Assembly: GCA_016215205.1 (NCBI GenBank)
Contig: JACRKU010000024.1
Span: 4,321 to 68,320 of the forward strand
Origin: Candidatus Yonathbacteria bacterium
GTDB taxonomy: Bacteria > Patescibacteriota > Minisyncoccia > Phycocordibacterales > UBA1550
Direction: 5' to 3'
Length of the DNA: 64,000 bases
Positions 27,745-38,102 of this stretch are shown here, piece by piece (position 1 is the first letter of the stretch; every line of letters starts with the position of its first letter). Below the pieces are notes generated by a model. That model made no database searches and was not told the DNA's origin. It saw nothing but the letters and a program-made list of their open reading frames with translations. The position numbers and the translations under genes were made by a program.

Positions 27745-28657
27745 AATTTTTGTTGCGGGTCATCGCGGGCTCGTGGGTTCGGCGATTGTGCGCGCGCTTC
27801 AAAAAAGGGGTTTCGCAAACCTCGTCCTCAAAACGCATGCGGAGCTCGACCTGACTAATCAAGATGCAGTTGCAGATTTTTTTGCACAAGAAAAGCCGGA
27901 GTATGTCTTTCTTTCAGCCGCAAAGGTGGGCGGCATCATGGCAAACAAAACCTTCCCCGCCGATTTCATTTACAATAACCTCGCAATACAAACAAATGTC
28001 ATTCATAATGCCCATATACACAAAGTAAAAAAATTGTTGTTTCTCGGAAGCTCCTGCATCTATCCCAAGTTATGTCCGCAACCAATAAAAGAGGAGTATC
28101 TTTTGACGAGCGCCCTTGAACCATCCAACAAGGCTTACGCGGTAGCAAAAATCGCGGGAATAATTATGTGTCAGTCATACAACGAACAGTATGGCACCAA
28201 TTTCATCTCGCTTATGCCAACCAACCTTTATGGTCCTCACGACAACTTTGACCTTGAAAACTCGCATGTGATGCCGGGAATGATTCGAAAATTCCACGAA
28301 GCTAAACTGGGCGATAAACCGAGTGTTACCTTGTGGGGCACAGGGAGCGCGATGCGCGAATTTCTGCACATAGACGACCTCGCGGAGGCAAGTTTATTTT
28401 TGATGGAGAATTACAACGATTCTTCTATTATTAATGTGGGGACAGGAGAAGACGTGACAATAAAAGAACTCGCGGAAAAAATAAAAAAAGTCGTAGGATA
28501 TAATGGCGAGATTGTTTGGGACAAAACTATGCCGGATGGTACTCCTAGAAAACTTCTTGATGTAAGCAAGCTCCACGCGCTTGGATGGAAACACTCTGTT
28601 CAACTCGGCGAAGGCATCTCATCAACGTATAATTGGTTTAAAGAGAACTATAAATAA
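27728..28657 (+). CDS. fcl: GDP-L-fucose synthase
   Basis: AGHRGLVGSA, AAKVGGIMAN, LGSSCIYP, YAVAKIAG, PTNLYGP, PDGTPRKLLD. Confidence 0.95.
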   Translation: MGKKSKIFVAGHRGLVGSAIVRALQKRGFANLVLKTHAELDLTNQDAVADFFAQEKPEYVFLSAAKVGGIMANKTFPADFIYNNLAIQTNVIHNAHIHKVKKLLFLGSSCIYPKLCPQPIKEEYLLTSALEPSNKAYAVAKIAGIIMCQSYNEQYGTNFISLMPTNLYGPHDNFDLENSHVMPGMIRKFHEAKLGDKPSVTLWGTGSAMREFLHIDDLAEASLFLMENYNDSSIINVGTGEDVTIKELAEKIKKVVGYNGEIVWDKTMPDGTPRKLLDVSKLHALGWKHSVQLGEGISSTYNWFKENYK

Positions 28658-28663
28658 CTAACC

Positions 28664-29524
28664 TTAGATCCTCACCCACCCTTCGGGGATTATGTTGGGA
28701 TGTGGGTCTGGAGCTATGTTTACCCATTTTTTAGGAGCAATGACTATCTTGTTTGGATTTTTATTAAGGTATGCTCCCCACCAAGAAAAAGAAGAGTTTG
28801 CGATGATGTTGTGGGCACATGAGGACATTAACATTAGCTCTTCATACTCCTCGAGACTAGGGCTTGAAACATATTTAAAATCGGCATGCTCCCCGAACTC
28901 TTTTTTGACCCACTCGATATCGTCAGAGAAAAAGTAGAATATTGGCGAATCAACTTTTGACCTCATTAAACTCATTGCCTGCTCATAATACTCCTTCGAA
29001 CATACCCCGTGAGTACTATTTATTTTAGGGTCGCTCACATAGTCCCCTCTTCTAATATGCACGGAGACACTATTCACTTTATCAATCTTACTTTTCTCCA
29101 GTAAAAAAATTTTTGATTCATTTTTAAAAGTGAACTCTTTAAGTACCTTATCCTTTATGTTGAGAAAGTTTTTTTCTGACTGAAAATATCCTTCAATATA
29201 ATTGTGGCTTTTCTTTAAAAAATTGGGATTATAATCCAGATTATGCTTCTTTAAAACCCTTTGATTAAGAGCTCTCAACAATTTTGAAATAACCCCGAGC
29301 GGATTTCTCGCCTTTTCAACTTCGTTGATAGTCGCGATATTTCCTGAAAGATTAAGGGGAAACATTTTATATTGCCTCGGCGTATTCGCATTAACATAGC
29401 GCGGGTCATCATACCCAGTAATATCAAGCTTCATCTCTTGGTTGTGCGCAGTAGCAATAGCAAGCCCTGTCGCATACTGAAACATCTGGTTCCCGAGACC
29501 TCCTTTTAATTTAATGGTAATCAT
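28664..29524 (-). CDS. Alpha-1,2-fucosyltransferase (GT11)
   Basis: GGLGNQMFQYA, GYFQSE, SVHIRRGDY, FSDD, IIANSSFSWWGAYL. Confidence 0.92.
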   Translation of the reverse strand: MITIKLKGGLGNQMFQYATGLAIATAHNQEMKLDITGYDDPRYVNANTPRQYKMFPLNLSGNIATINEVEKARNPLGVISKLLRALNQRVLKKHNLDYNPNFLKKSHNYIEGYFQSEKNFLNIKDKVLKEFTFKNESKIFLLEKSKIDKVNSVSVHIRRGDYVSDPKINSTHGVCSKEYYEQAMSLMRSKVDSPIFYFFSDDIEWVKKEFGEHADFKYVSSPSLEEYEELMLMSSCAHNIIANSSFSWWGAYLNKNPNKIVIAPKKWVNIAPDPHPNIIPEGWVRI

Positions 29525-29526
29525 AA

Positions 29527-30252
29527 TTATTTTTTAAACAAAAAGCATCCGCAAGCATAGTTTTGATATTGTACGAGATTGGGATCTGCGTTTTTAATAA
29601 AATCCCCCTGTTCCACCATATCGGTAACCATCGAAAATTCCACGAGTTTTAAGTCTGGAAAAAGAGATGGGACTTGCTCGTAACTATAAATGCGGTGCGC
29701 GTTAAATTCTATTTTGGGCTTTCCAACTGGCACTACAAAAATGAGATGCCCGCCCACTGTAAGTACGCGAGAAAGTTCACGCGTAGCCTTAATATCGCCA
29801 TTAGGGTCAATAGTATCACCGTATCTTCCAAGCCCGATATGCTCAACAGTATGCATACACGAAAGCGACTTAATCGAGTTGTCCTTAAATTGCATTTTTG
29901 TAAGGTCGCAAGCACCACTTTCTACGCCAGACAATTTTAATTGAGCTGGTCGATAATCATAAAATTTTACGGGAACAAAAGCTGATACAATACCCGCAAA
30001 ATAGAGAGAAGAGGAAATATCCGTATGAAACGGAGGATTTATTTCCTTCACTTTCCTTGCCGCCCAAGACGTATGATAGACATAATGTCTATCAAATCCA
30101 GTTTTTACTGTCTTGTCTTTTATGCAAGGGTAAAAATCAGATAATAATAAACTGAATCGAGGATTTTTATCCTGCTTCCAAAACTTCAAAAAATCCATCA
30201 GCACAAATGGAGTAAGGAACAGACGTATAGTTTTTTTTATTATTTTTTTCAT
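29527..30252 (-). CDS. DUF268-like methyltransferase-fold protein
   Basis: SLSCMHTVEHIGLGRYGDTIDPNGD, VPVG...FNAHRIY. Confidence 0.75.
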   Translation of the reverse strand: MKKIIKKTIRLFLTPFVLMDFLKFWKQDKNPRFSLLLSDFYPCIKDKTVKTGFDRHYVYHTSWAARKVKEINPPFHTDISSSLYFAGIVSAFVPVKFYDYRPAQLKLSGVESGACDLTKMQFKDNSIKSLSCMHTVEHIGLGRYGDTIDPNGDIKATRELSRVLTVGGHLIFVVPVGKPKIEFNAHRIYSYEQVPSLFPDLKLVEFSMVTDMVEQGDFIKNADPNLVQYQNYACGCFLFKK

Positions 30253-30346
30253 TTTTGATTTTTATCCATTTTGTCTTTTTGTTTGACTTATCTAATTTAT
30301 GTATCAAAATGTAAATTATGGTATAGTGTCAATTATATCATTAAAT

Positions 30347-30991
30347 ATGAAACAAAGTACGCCAAAAAACAAGAAAAATGCAGTCAAAGCAGTACTTTTT
30401 GACCTAGATGGTGTTCTGGTAAACATGCCGGACGGGCACTACGAAGCACTGAATAAAGCACTCGGGCTTTTTGGTGTCTGTATAAACAAGGACGAGCATT
30501 ACGGTCATTTTAACGGGCTACCGACAAGAAAGAAGCTGGAAACACTTGAGCAACAAGGGCGCCTGCCAACTGGTTTGCGAGAATTCATCAATGATATAAA
30601 ACAGAAATACACAAAAGAAATTATTCCTCAGTACTGCGCGCCGGATTATTCAAAAATAATACTCCTACGCCATCTTAAGGAACAAGGATTTAAGCTTGGG
30701 TGTTGCTCAAATTCTACAAAAGAAACACTTCATTTGATGTTAAAATCCGCTCAACTTTTTGATTTTTTTGATATAATTATAGGGAATGACGAGGTTAAAA
30801 ACCCGAAACCGAGTCCCGAGATATATCAAGTAGCATTTGAAAAACTTTGTGTTTCTCCAGAAGAGTGTGTCGTTGTCGAGGATTCCCCCCATGGAATTGC
30901 GTCCGCGAAGGCAAGCGGCGCGGCGGTATACGAAGTTAAAGATGTCGATGATGTGACCTTATCTTTGTTTGAAAAAATTTTATCAAAATAA
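30347..30991 (+). CDS. HAD-family phosphatase
   Basis: FDLDGVL, CSNS, KPSPEIY, VVEDSPHG. Confidence 0.88.
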   Translation: MKQSTPKNKKNAVKAVLFDLDGVLVNMPDGHYEALNKALGLFGVCINKDEHYGHFNGLPTRKKLETLEQQGRLPTGLREFINDIKQKYTKEIIPQYCAPDYSKIILLRHLKEQGFKLGCCSNSTKETLHLMLKSAQLFDFFDIIIGNDEVKNPKPSPEIYQVAFEKLCVSPEECVVVEDSPHGIASAKASGAAVYEVKDVDDVTLSLFEKILSK

Positions 30992-31003
30992 CTAAACTAT
31001 ACT

Positions 31004-31750
31004 ATGCTCAATATTGTCATCCCTATGGCCGGAAAAGGCTCTCGTTTCCAAGAAGCTGGTTATGCGTTTCCTAAGCCACTCATTGATATCAATGGCGAAA
31101 CAATGATTGAAGTGGTTATCAGAAACCTAAAACCACAATGCGAACATAAGTTTATTTTTATTTGCCAGAGAGAACATTATGAAAAATATGACCTTCATAA
31201 TGTTCTAAAGAACGCAACTAACAATAATTTTGAAGTTGTTTTGCTGAACGACATCACACAAGGCGCAGCCTGCACTGTTTTGACCGCCGCACAATATATT
31301 AATAACGATGACGATTTAATTATCGCCAACTCAGACCAGTTCATCGAATTCGATATTAACGATTTCATCAAGGAATCGCGCGAGGATGGAAAAGATGGGC
31401 TCATTATGACGTTCAAAGCAAGCCACCCCAAATGGAGCTACGCTCGTGTTGACAGCACAGACAAAGTGGTTGAGGTTGCAGAAAAGAAGGTAATTTCAGA
31501 CAAGGCAACTGTAGGAATCTACTATATAAAAAATGGCAAGGATTTTGTGAAAGGGGCACAATCAATGATCCATAAAGACATCCGTCACAATAATGAATTC
31601 TACGTCTGTCCAGTGTATAATGAGCTCATTCTTGAAGGAAGGAAAATTTACATTTACAACATTGACGCTGGGAAAATGCATGGACTCGGAACACCTGAAG
31701 ACCTTGGTGCATTTCTTAGAAAAGTAGATGAGGGGAAAATAACCCAATAA
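31004..31750 (+). CDS. Sugar nucleotidyltransferase (GT-A fold)
   Basis: IPMAGKGSRF...PKPLI, TQGAACTVL, IANSDQ, VAEK, GLGTPEDL. Confidence 0.82.
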   Translation: MLNIVIPMAGKGSRFQEAGYAFPKPLIDINGETMIEVVIRNLKPQCEHKFIFICQREHYEKYDLHNVLKNATNNNFEVVLLNDITQGAACTVLTAAQYINNDDDLIIANSDQFIEFDINDFIKESREDGKDGLIMTFKASHPKWSYARVDSTDKVVEVAEKKVISDKATVGIYYIKNGKDFVKGAQSMIHKDIRHNNEFYVCPVYNELILEGRKIYIYNIDAGKMHGLGTPEDLGAFLRKVDEGKITQ

Positions 31751-32610
31751 TGCAAACTATTACACACCGCGGGCTTGACCCATCAATAAAAGATTATTTC
31801 GTTGAAAGTTCGCGCGAGGCATTCAAGGATCAACTAACTCGCGGTTTTGGACTTGAGTTTGACCTTCAATTAACAAAAGATAATAGAATCATTATCCTGC
31901 ACGACAGCACACTTAGCCGTATTTCAAACGAGAAAGATGAACGAAAAATTTGCCAAGTTACCGAAGAGGAAATACTTTCTATGGAGTTTCGTGGTTGCCA
32001 CTTGGTCTCGTTCGATACACTACTAACACTTATTCAAGATAATCAGGCACCAAACGCTATTTCAGCAATTCACCTTAAGCAAAGAAATCAAGATAAGGAG
32101 ACGCTTGATATCATCCTTTCTTATTTGGAGCATCAAGATACAACGAAATTCCTAGTGTTTGATGTTACATTAGAGACTGCCAAATACATAAAAGGTAAGA
32201 ATAGTAAAATAAATCTCGCGCCATCAGTAGCACATCCTTTTGATATAGTACGTTACGGCAGTGCTGTTGGCGGTACTCTTATGGATTTAGAGACTGCACT
32301 TAAACATAAAGATCTTTTTAGTTGGGTGTGGCTTGACGAATGGGACATTACGGGCGAGAATAATTGCACAAAACTGTTTTATACTGAGGAAGTGTTTAAT
32401 AAGATTCGCAAGGCTAATATAAAGATTGGCCTTGTAACACCGGAGTTGCACGCTACCTCTCCTAATTTATTGGGTGGAGAAGGCCACCCAGATGCCGCGG
32501 ACAAAGACGGATTATTTGCACGAATTAAAGAAATAATTAAACTTAAACCCGATGCAATTTGTACAGATTACCCAGATTATGTTAATAATTTATCCAAACA
32601 GCGGGTATGA
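31750..32610 (+). CDS. Glycerophosphodiester phosphodiesterase-like protein
   Basis: THRGL, GLEFDLQLTKD...LHD, VTPELH, AICTDYP. Confidence 0.75.
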   Translation: MQTITHRGLDPSIKDYFVESSREAFKDQLTRGFGLEFDLQLTKDNRIIILHDSTLSRISNEKDERKICQVTEEEILSMEFRGCHLVSFDTLLTLIQDNQAPNAISAIHLKQRNQDKETLDIILSYLEHQDTTKFLVFDVTLETAKYIKGKNSKINLAPSVAHPFDIVRYGSAVGGTLMDLETALKHKDLFSWVWLDEWDITGENNCTKLFYTEEVFNKIRKANIKIGLVTPELHATSPNLLGGEGHPDAADKDGLFARIKEIIKLKPDAICTDYPDYVNNLSKQRV

Positions 32611-33677
32611 CATCAAATATATTTAAAATTCGAAATATAAGACAAATAGTAGTCAGGATTCGCAAACGACTATCGTCTTGGGAAATACTTAATTTTTTAC
32701 TTTTGCTTATTATTAAAATTAAAGAAGCAAGAGAAAATAGTTTCTACACAATACACAGAAGGCCGCAGAAATCTTCTGGCATTTCTACTTATGTAATAAA
32801 ATATAAAGAAAAACAAAATACAGCAATTGTTATGCATGGCCAAATTATTACTAAAAATAATTTTACACTGGAGACAGCTTCCCTCTATAAGAAAAATTTT
32901 CCTAACACAATTTTGATACTTTCTACGTGGCTAAACGAGGACAAGAAAACTATACAAAAGATACGGCAGGTTGGTTGGACCGTGGTACAAAATGAAAAAC
33001 CATCATACTCTGGGTACTACAATATAAATTATCAACTCACTAGTTCTAGTAACGGAATTCAGGCTGCTAAAAAATCAGGTGCTGAATATGTTCTAAAAAC
33101 TCGTACTGACCAACGCATTTATAATCCAAATGCTATTAGGCTACTCCATAGCTTCAGCAAACTATACCCCCCAAATAAAGATTCGCAACAAGCTAAACGC
33201 TTAATTATTCCAAATATTGATACATTCAAATATAGACCATACGGCATAGGAGACATGATTATGTTTGGACATATTGACGATATGTTGCTTTATTGGGGAA
33301 CAGAGCACGACATGAGATCGGCGCCCCTCAATAGATACCCGACAGTTATTGAAGATGCGCAAGCAAAAACGAGCGAGGTCTATCTTTGTACAGAATATAT
33401 GAAAAAGTTAAAACAACCACTAATCTGGACAATTGATAATTCCTGGAAAGTATTCGGGAAGTACTTTTGTATATTTGATTACTCTCTTTTGGATATGTTT
33501 TGGTATAAATATAAGGTGCATGAAGAATACAGATCACACTATTATAATTCAACTCACAGTCTTCAAATTATGCAATACTACGAATGGATTTCCTGCTACG
33601 AAAATACCTATAACCCGAATTCTCTTCCAGAAGAAATACTTAATGTGAAGATTGGCGACTCACTACCAAAAAGGTAA
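32607..33677 (+). CDS. WavE-like polysaccharide synthesis protein
   Basis: AIVMHGQI, ILSTW, NINYQLTSSSNGI, YVLKTRTDQ, GDMIMFG. Confidence 0.72.
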   Translation: MTSNIFKIRNIRQIVVRIRKRLSSWEILNFLLLLIIKIKEARENSFYTIHRRPQKSSGISTYVIKYKEKQNTAIVMHGQIITKNNFTLETASLYKKNFPNTILILSTWLNEDKKTIQKIRQVGWTVVQNEKPSYSGYYNINYQLTSSSNGIQAAKKSGAEYVLKTRTDQRIYNPNAIRLLHSFSKLYPPNKDSQQAKRLIIPNIDTFKYRPYGIGDMIMFGHIDDMLLYWGTEHDMRSAPLNRYPTVIEDAQAKTSEVYLCTEYMKKLKQPLIWTIDNSWKVFGKYFCIFDYSLLDMFWYKYKVHEEYRSHYYNSTHSLQIMQYYEWISCYENTYNPNSLPEEILNVKIGDSLPKR

Positions 33678-33709
33678 GCTATATTATAGAGACCTTACTC
33701 AATATCGCC

Positions 33710-34621
33710 ATGTTTACTACCCCAATACTACTCATCATATTCAACCGCCCCGACAAGGTTGAACGGCTAATTAACTCCTTGCGCAGTGTGAAACCTACGA
33801 AAGTATACGTTTCTGCAGATGGACCACGGGAGAATGTTGCTACAGACCATTCACGCTGTGATAGAGCGCGCGCGGTCGTTAGTCAGATTGACTGGCCATG
33901 TGAAGTTTTTACGAATTTCCATGAATATAATACGGGGGCAGATTTTGGTCCAGAAAAGGCGATTAATTGGTTTTTCGATAATGTTGATGAGGGGATTATT
34001 CTTGAGGATGACTGTATCGCGCATCCTGATTTCTTTCGCTTTGCGAAAGAAATGCTTTCGCGATATCGTGCCAATGATCAAGTAATGATGATTTCAGGCA
34101 ACAATTTTCAGAACGAAATTATACGAGGTGATGGGAGTTATTATTTCTCAAAATACCCGAGCACGTGGGGCTGGGCTTCATGGAGGCGGGCATGGATGCA
34201 TTACGACACAAGAATTTCTGGCTACAGAGAATTCACCGATAGAAATATACTGGACACTATATGCCAAAGCCCTGCTGAAAAAAAATACTGGACGAAATTC
34301 TTTGAGAAAATTAACAGCGGAGAACTCAATCATTGGGATATTAAATGGATATTTGCAGTTTGGAATAATAATGGCATTTCAATCACACCAAATGTAAATC
34401 TTGTTCAGAATATTGGCTTTGGAAACGACGCGACACACACCTTTACGCATGATGATACAATGGTAGTAAGAGCAGTTGAACTAGGTGAGATAACCCACCC
34501 ATCAACCACTATAGTAGATAAAAAGGCGGACGCATACCTTTTCGAGCATGTCTACAAATTCACTCTTATAAAAAGGTTTTTCTATCTTATAGAACTTATA
34601 AAAAGAAGACTTACTAGATGA
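33710..34621 (+). CDS. GT-A glycosyltransferase
   Basis: IIFNRPD, SADGPR, IILEDDC, WGWASWRRAW, PNVNLVQNIGFG. Confidence 0.85.
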   Translation: MFTTPILLIIFNRPDKVERLINSLRSVKPTKVYVSADGPRENVATDHSRCDRARAVVSQIDWPCEVFTNFHEYNTGADFGPEKAINWFFDNVDEGIILEDDCIAHPDFFRFAKEMLSRYRANDQVMMISGNNFQNEIIRGDGSYYFSKYPSTWGWASWRRAWMHYDTRISGYREFTDRNILDTICQSPAEKKYWTKFFEKINSGELNHWDIKWIFAVWNNNGISITPNVNLVQNIGFGNDATHTFTHDDTMVVRAVELGEITHPSTTIVDKKADAYLFEHVYKFTLIKRFFYLIELIKRRLTR

Positions 34622-34623
34622 AA

Positions 34624-34653
34624 AAATACCCCACATATACATGTGGGGTATTT
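34624..34653. terminator. Terminator between convergent genes
   Basis: AAATACCCCACAT-ATAC-ATGTGGGGTATTT. Confidence 0.75.
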
Positions 34654-34662
34654 CCTTAATTA

Positions 34663-35181
34663 CTACTGACACCATCCATTGTTTCTTGTGAAGGCGACTG
34701 CGCAGAATGACCAATAGAGATCCCGCTCGCTCACAATCACATCGACAAATCCGAGATCAAGGAGTAACCGCTCCATATCTTTCGGATAAAACATGTGGAA
34801 GTGTTTTTTATTATTCTGAGGCAACCAGCAGACCATATCGGGATGCGGTAAGTAGAGGAAGAGAACCCCGTCAATTTCTTTCAAATGCTCCTTCCAATAC
34901 ATGAGCGCGCGCACATAGTCAGGAAGATGTTCGAGCGTATGACTGCTAAAAATAAAATCAAACTTTCCGGCGGGCAGGTTATATGCATCAAATTTGTCCG
35001 GAATAACAACATTAATTGCTTGAGCTCCGGGGAAAACCGAATTATCAAACCCGCCGATATCAAGACCCCTACCTTTACAAAATTCAACTGCGAAAGGCAT
35101 GATATATGAACACGCATTCCCTCTTTTCATATAGGATGGGTACCTGATGCCCTTGCAATATACTTCCAGTGCTTCTGCCAT
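34663..35181 (-). CDS. Small class I SAM-dependent methyltransferase
   Basis: GLDIGG, FDFIFSSHTLEHL, GVLFLYLPH. Confidence 0.8.
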   Translation of the reverse strand: MAEALEVYCKGIRYPSYMKRGNACSYIMPFAVEFCKGRGLDIGGFDNSVFPGAQAINVVIPDKFDAYNLPAGKFDFIFSSHTLEHLPDYVRALMYWKEHLKEIDGVLFLYLPHPDMVCWLPQNNKKHFHMFYPKDMERLLLDLGFVDVIVSERDLYWSFCAVAFTRNNGWCQ

Positions 35182-35220
35182 GACAACCTCCGTATAATTA
35201 GGTTACGAACAGATCCTCAG

Positions 35221-35733
35221 TTACACTACCACACTTATAGATTTTTGTAAATGAATCATCGCTTCGGAGGGTTTATTAGGTTGCACAAAAATTGATTTAC
35301 CCAATCCAAACTGCTCCCCCATATAAACATCGTCAACCGAGTCGGAAATGAGCAACGATTGAGTTTTGTCAAATTTATAAAGCTCCATAGCTTCACGAAG
35401 CATCCCATCTTTGGGTTTCCTGCACTCGCAGGTATTATTTTCATGAGGGCAGTATAAAATATCTAGAATTTCAATTCCCTTTTTATAAAATTCATCTTTC
35501 ATGTGCCTGTGAATTTTACGTACTGTTTCTTCTGTGTAAAGTCCCCTTGCGACCCCTCGTTGATTAGTTATAACAATAAACTCAAATCCTTCATTTTTTA
35601 ACTTTGAAACAACCCCAAATATACCCTCGTTAAAAATGAAATCTTCTACGCGCGTGATGTAATAGTGTTCTTCTGCTTTCTTATTTATCACACCATCACG
35701 ATCTAAAAAAGCAATTTTTTTACTTTTTCCCAT
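35221..35733 (-). CDS. gmhB: D-glycero-D-manno-heptose 1,7-bisphosphate phosphatase
   Basis: FLDRDGVIN, ITNQRG, YCPH...CECRKPKDG. Confidence 0.88.
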   Translation of the reverse strand: MGKSKKIAFLDRDGVINKKAEEHYYITRVEDFIFNEGIFGVVSKLKNEGFEFIVITNQRGVARGLYTEETVRKIHRHMKDEFYKKGIEILDILYCPHENNTCECRKPKDGMLREAMELYKFDKTQSLLISDSVDDVYMGEQFGLGKSIFVQPNKPSEAMIHLQKSISVVV

Positions 35734-36325
35734 TTTTTTCTATGATATGGTCAAAATAATCCTGGAAGTAACTGGTAAGTAAGTGCAGTATGGCATTATG
35801 AACACTTTCAACTACTGCATAAGCTCCAGACTTCGTCTTTACCACAATTTTTGCATCTGCCAATTCATTTAATTTACCGCCTGTAAATCCCGAAACTCCG
35901 ATGACCGGCACGTGGTGAGATTTTGCCAGTTCCACTGCTTTAATAATATTCAGAGAATTACCAGAACTGCTTATTGCAATAAGGCAATCTGTCTCCTGCA
36001 AGTAATTCTTAAGCGGACCGGCAAAGACCATGTCAAAACCAACATCATTTGCCCAAGCGGTAATCTCTGCCTCTGTTGAAGGAAGCCGGATTGCTTGGAA
36101 TCTTTTTATGCTGGAATCTAGATTGTGACTAAATACTGTCTTATTAAAATCACCGACCCAATGTGTTGCCATCGCCATTGACCCTCCGTTTCCAAAAACG
36201 TAGATTCTTCCATCGCGCTCATAGACTGACTGAATAATATGAATGGCTTTGGCTATCTCATCTTTGGGAAGATTCCTCATTTGTTCTATTACCTCGTCTG
36301 CAAAATTATCAATATATTTATACAT
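35720..36325 (-). CDS. gmhA: Phosphoheptose isomerase (SIS domain)
   Basis: FGNGGS, TAWANDVGF, ISSSGNSLNI, VESVH. Confidence 0.82.
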   Translation of the reverse strand: MYKYIDNFADEVIEQMRNLPKDEIAKAIHIIQSVYERDGRIYVFGNGGSMAMATHWVGDFNKTVFSHNLDSSIKRFQAIRLPSTEAEITAWANDVGFDMVFAGPLKNYLQETDCLIAISSSGNSLNIIKAVELAKSHHVPVIGVSGFTGGKLNELADAKIVVKTKSGAYAVVESVHNAILHLLTSYFQDYFDHIIEKNGKK

Positions 36326-36327
36326 AA

Positions 36328-37335
36328 CTATAATATGTTAGATGAGTTAAATAAAACATCAATCCCAGATACGGTTAAACCAAAATGTACTCTTTTGAAA
36401 TCATTAAGTTTTAATCCCTTCGCTTTCTTCTCCAAAGCTTCTTGAATTTTTTCCTGTGTCCCTGGTTCTGCCATAAAAAGCAAGCACCCCCCGCCACCCG
36501 CGCCTAAAATCTTGCCGCCCCAAGCCCCCGCCTTTATGGCCGTCTCGTACAATGCATCGGTTGAATCATTTGTGACAGATGAAGCAAGGGTCTTTTTTCT
36601 CTGCCATGCTTCATGAAGCATCTCTCCCATACCTCGTAAATCTTGCGATAATAACTTATCCCTAAAAACAAGAACGGAGTCAGACATTTTTTTGTAGGTT
36701 TCAAAATTATCATCAATTTTTTTCTTTTGCCCAGAAAGGACGCTACTTGCCGATCTTGTCATCCCAGTAAAAAAAAGCATCATGTGGTTTTCAAACTTTG
36801 ACTTGAATTTAAAATCCATAAATACTGGCTCCACAGAAACGGTTCCATCCGTATTAAAAGTAATGACGTTTAATCCGCCATACGCTGCTGCATATTGATC
36901 CTGCTTACCGATTGGCTCTTTCAAAATATCTATTTCAAGTTCGCATGCAGCTTGTGCTGTTTCTTCTTTACTAATCTTTTTGCCTTTAATTGAATAAAGG
37001 GCTTTCATTAGGGCGACAGTAAAAGAAGAGGATGACCCGAGACCAGTTTTTGCAGGTAAATCAGCAAAAGAAGCGATTTCAATCCCTTTTGGGATTTCCA
37101 TTTTTACTAAGGCTTCTTTGAATCGAGTGTGGGATATCTCTAAAACATCTTCAACAGTTTCTGTTTTAGAATATTTCATAATGAAATTACCAAAGTTGCC
37201 GGTGTGGGCAACTATATAAACAAATTTATCTATGCTTGTAGACAAAACTCGCCCCGGGTAACGAGAATAAAATTCTTTTATATCGGTTCCGCCTCCAACA
37301 AAACTAATTCTAAGCGGGGCTCGTGTAATAATCAT
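36328..37335 (-). CDS. hddA: Heptose 7-phosphate kinase (GHMP family)
   Basis: RAPLRISFVGGGTD, GLGSSS, IGKQDQYAAAYGG, GAGGGG. Confidence 0.88.
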   Translation of the reverse strand: MIITRAPLRISFVGGGTDIKEFYSRYPGRVLSTSIDKFVYIVAHTGNFGNFIMKYSKTETVEDVLEISHTRFKEALVKMEIPKGIEIASFADLPAKTGLGSSSSFTVALMKALYSIKGKKISKEETAQAACELEIDILKEPIGKQDQYAAAYGGLNVITFNTDGTVSVEPVFMDFKFKSKFENHMMLFFTGMTRSASSVLSGQKKKIDDNFETYKKMSDSVLVFRDKLLSQDLRGMGEMLHEAWQRKKTLASSVTNDSTDALYETAIKAGAWGGKILGAGGGGCLLFMAEPGTQEKIQEALEKKAKGLKLNDFKRVHFGLTVSGIDVLFNSSNIL

Positions 37336-37370
37336 AATCTATGTAAGTGATTTAAGGCTTGTTTTACAAG

Positions 37371-38087
37371 CTAAATTGATATGCCTTGGGCATCATTATA
37401 GCTTTCTGGGGTGCCAATATCAAGTAAAATTTCATCCATTTTATATACATACATTTCCTCATTTTTGACAAGTAGATAAGGAAAAATGTCGTGTCCAAAA
37501 TCAAGGGGTGTTTTATCAATAGAATTTAGATACTTAAAAATTCTACTGTTTAAAACATAAATGCCTGCATTGGCATATTTACTAATAATCTTGTTAGATC
37601 TTGGCTTTTCTATAAATTTAAGTATCTTACCATTCTCGTTAAAACTTATGATGCCTTTGCCTTCTGGATGCTCCTCCACATAAGAAGCAATCGTTGCGAT
37701 ACCATTTTTTTCTTTATGTGCCGCTATCAATTTTCCATAGTTTATATTTGTCAGATTATCACCATACACAACCAAAAAATCATCCTCGCCCTTAAAAAAG
37801 GGGGCGTTTTTTTTCAAAGTGCCGGCACTTCCTAAGAGCTCCTTTTCAAAAGCTATCTGTATAGTAAGTCCGTTAAATCTATCTCTATTATTTTTTACAA
37901 ACTCGTTTATCTGTTTATGCAAGTAATGAGTATTAATTAAAATATCTCTGACACCGTATTTATACAGACTTTCTAAATGATAAGAGAGTAGCGGTTTGCC
38001 ATTAATCGGCAATAATGACTTTGGTGTTGTTTCCGTAAGTTGCCGCAGTCTTGTCCCTAAGCCAGCAGATAAAATTAATGCTTTCAT
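37371..38087 (-). CDS. Nucleotidyltransferase, probable heptose 1-phosphate guanylyltransferase (HddC-like)
   Basis: LSAGLGTRL...PKSLL, LGSAG, YGDNL, FIEKP, DIGTPESY; next to hddA/gmhA/gmhB. Confidence 0.78.
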   Translation of the reverse strand: MKALILSAGLGTRLRQLTETTPKSLLPINGKPLLSYHLESLYKYGVRDILINTHYLHKQINEFVKNNRDRFNGLTIQIAFEKELLGSAGTLKKNAPFFKGEDDFLVVYGDNLTNINYGKLIAAHKEKNGIATIASYVEEHPEGKGIISFNENGKILKFIEKPRSNKIISKYANAGIYVLNSRIFKYLNSIDKTPLDFGHDIFPYLLVKNEEMYVYKMDEILLDIGTPESYNDAQGISI

Positions 38088-38102
38088 TTTTATTGTTTTA
38101 GT

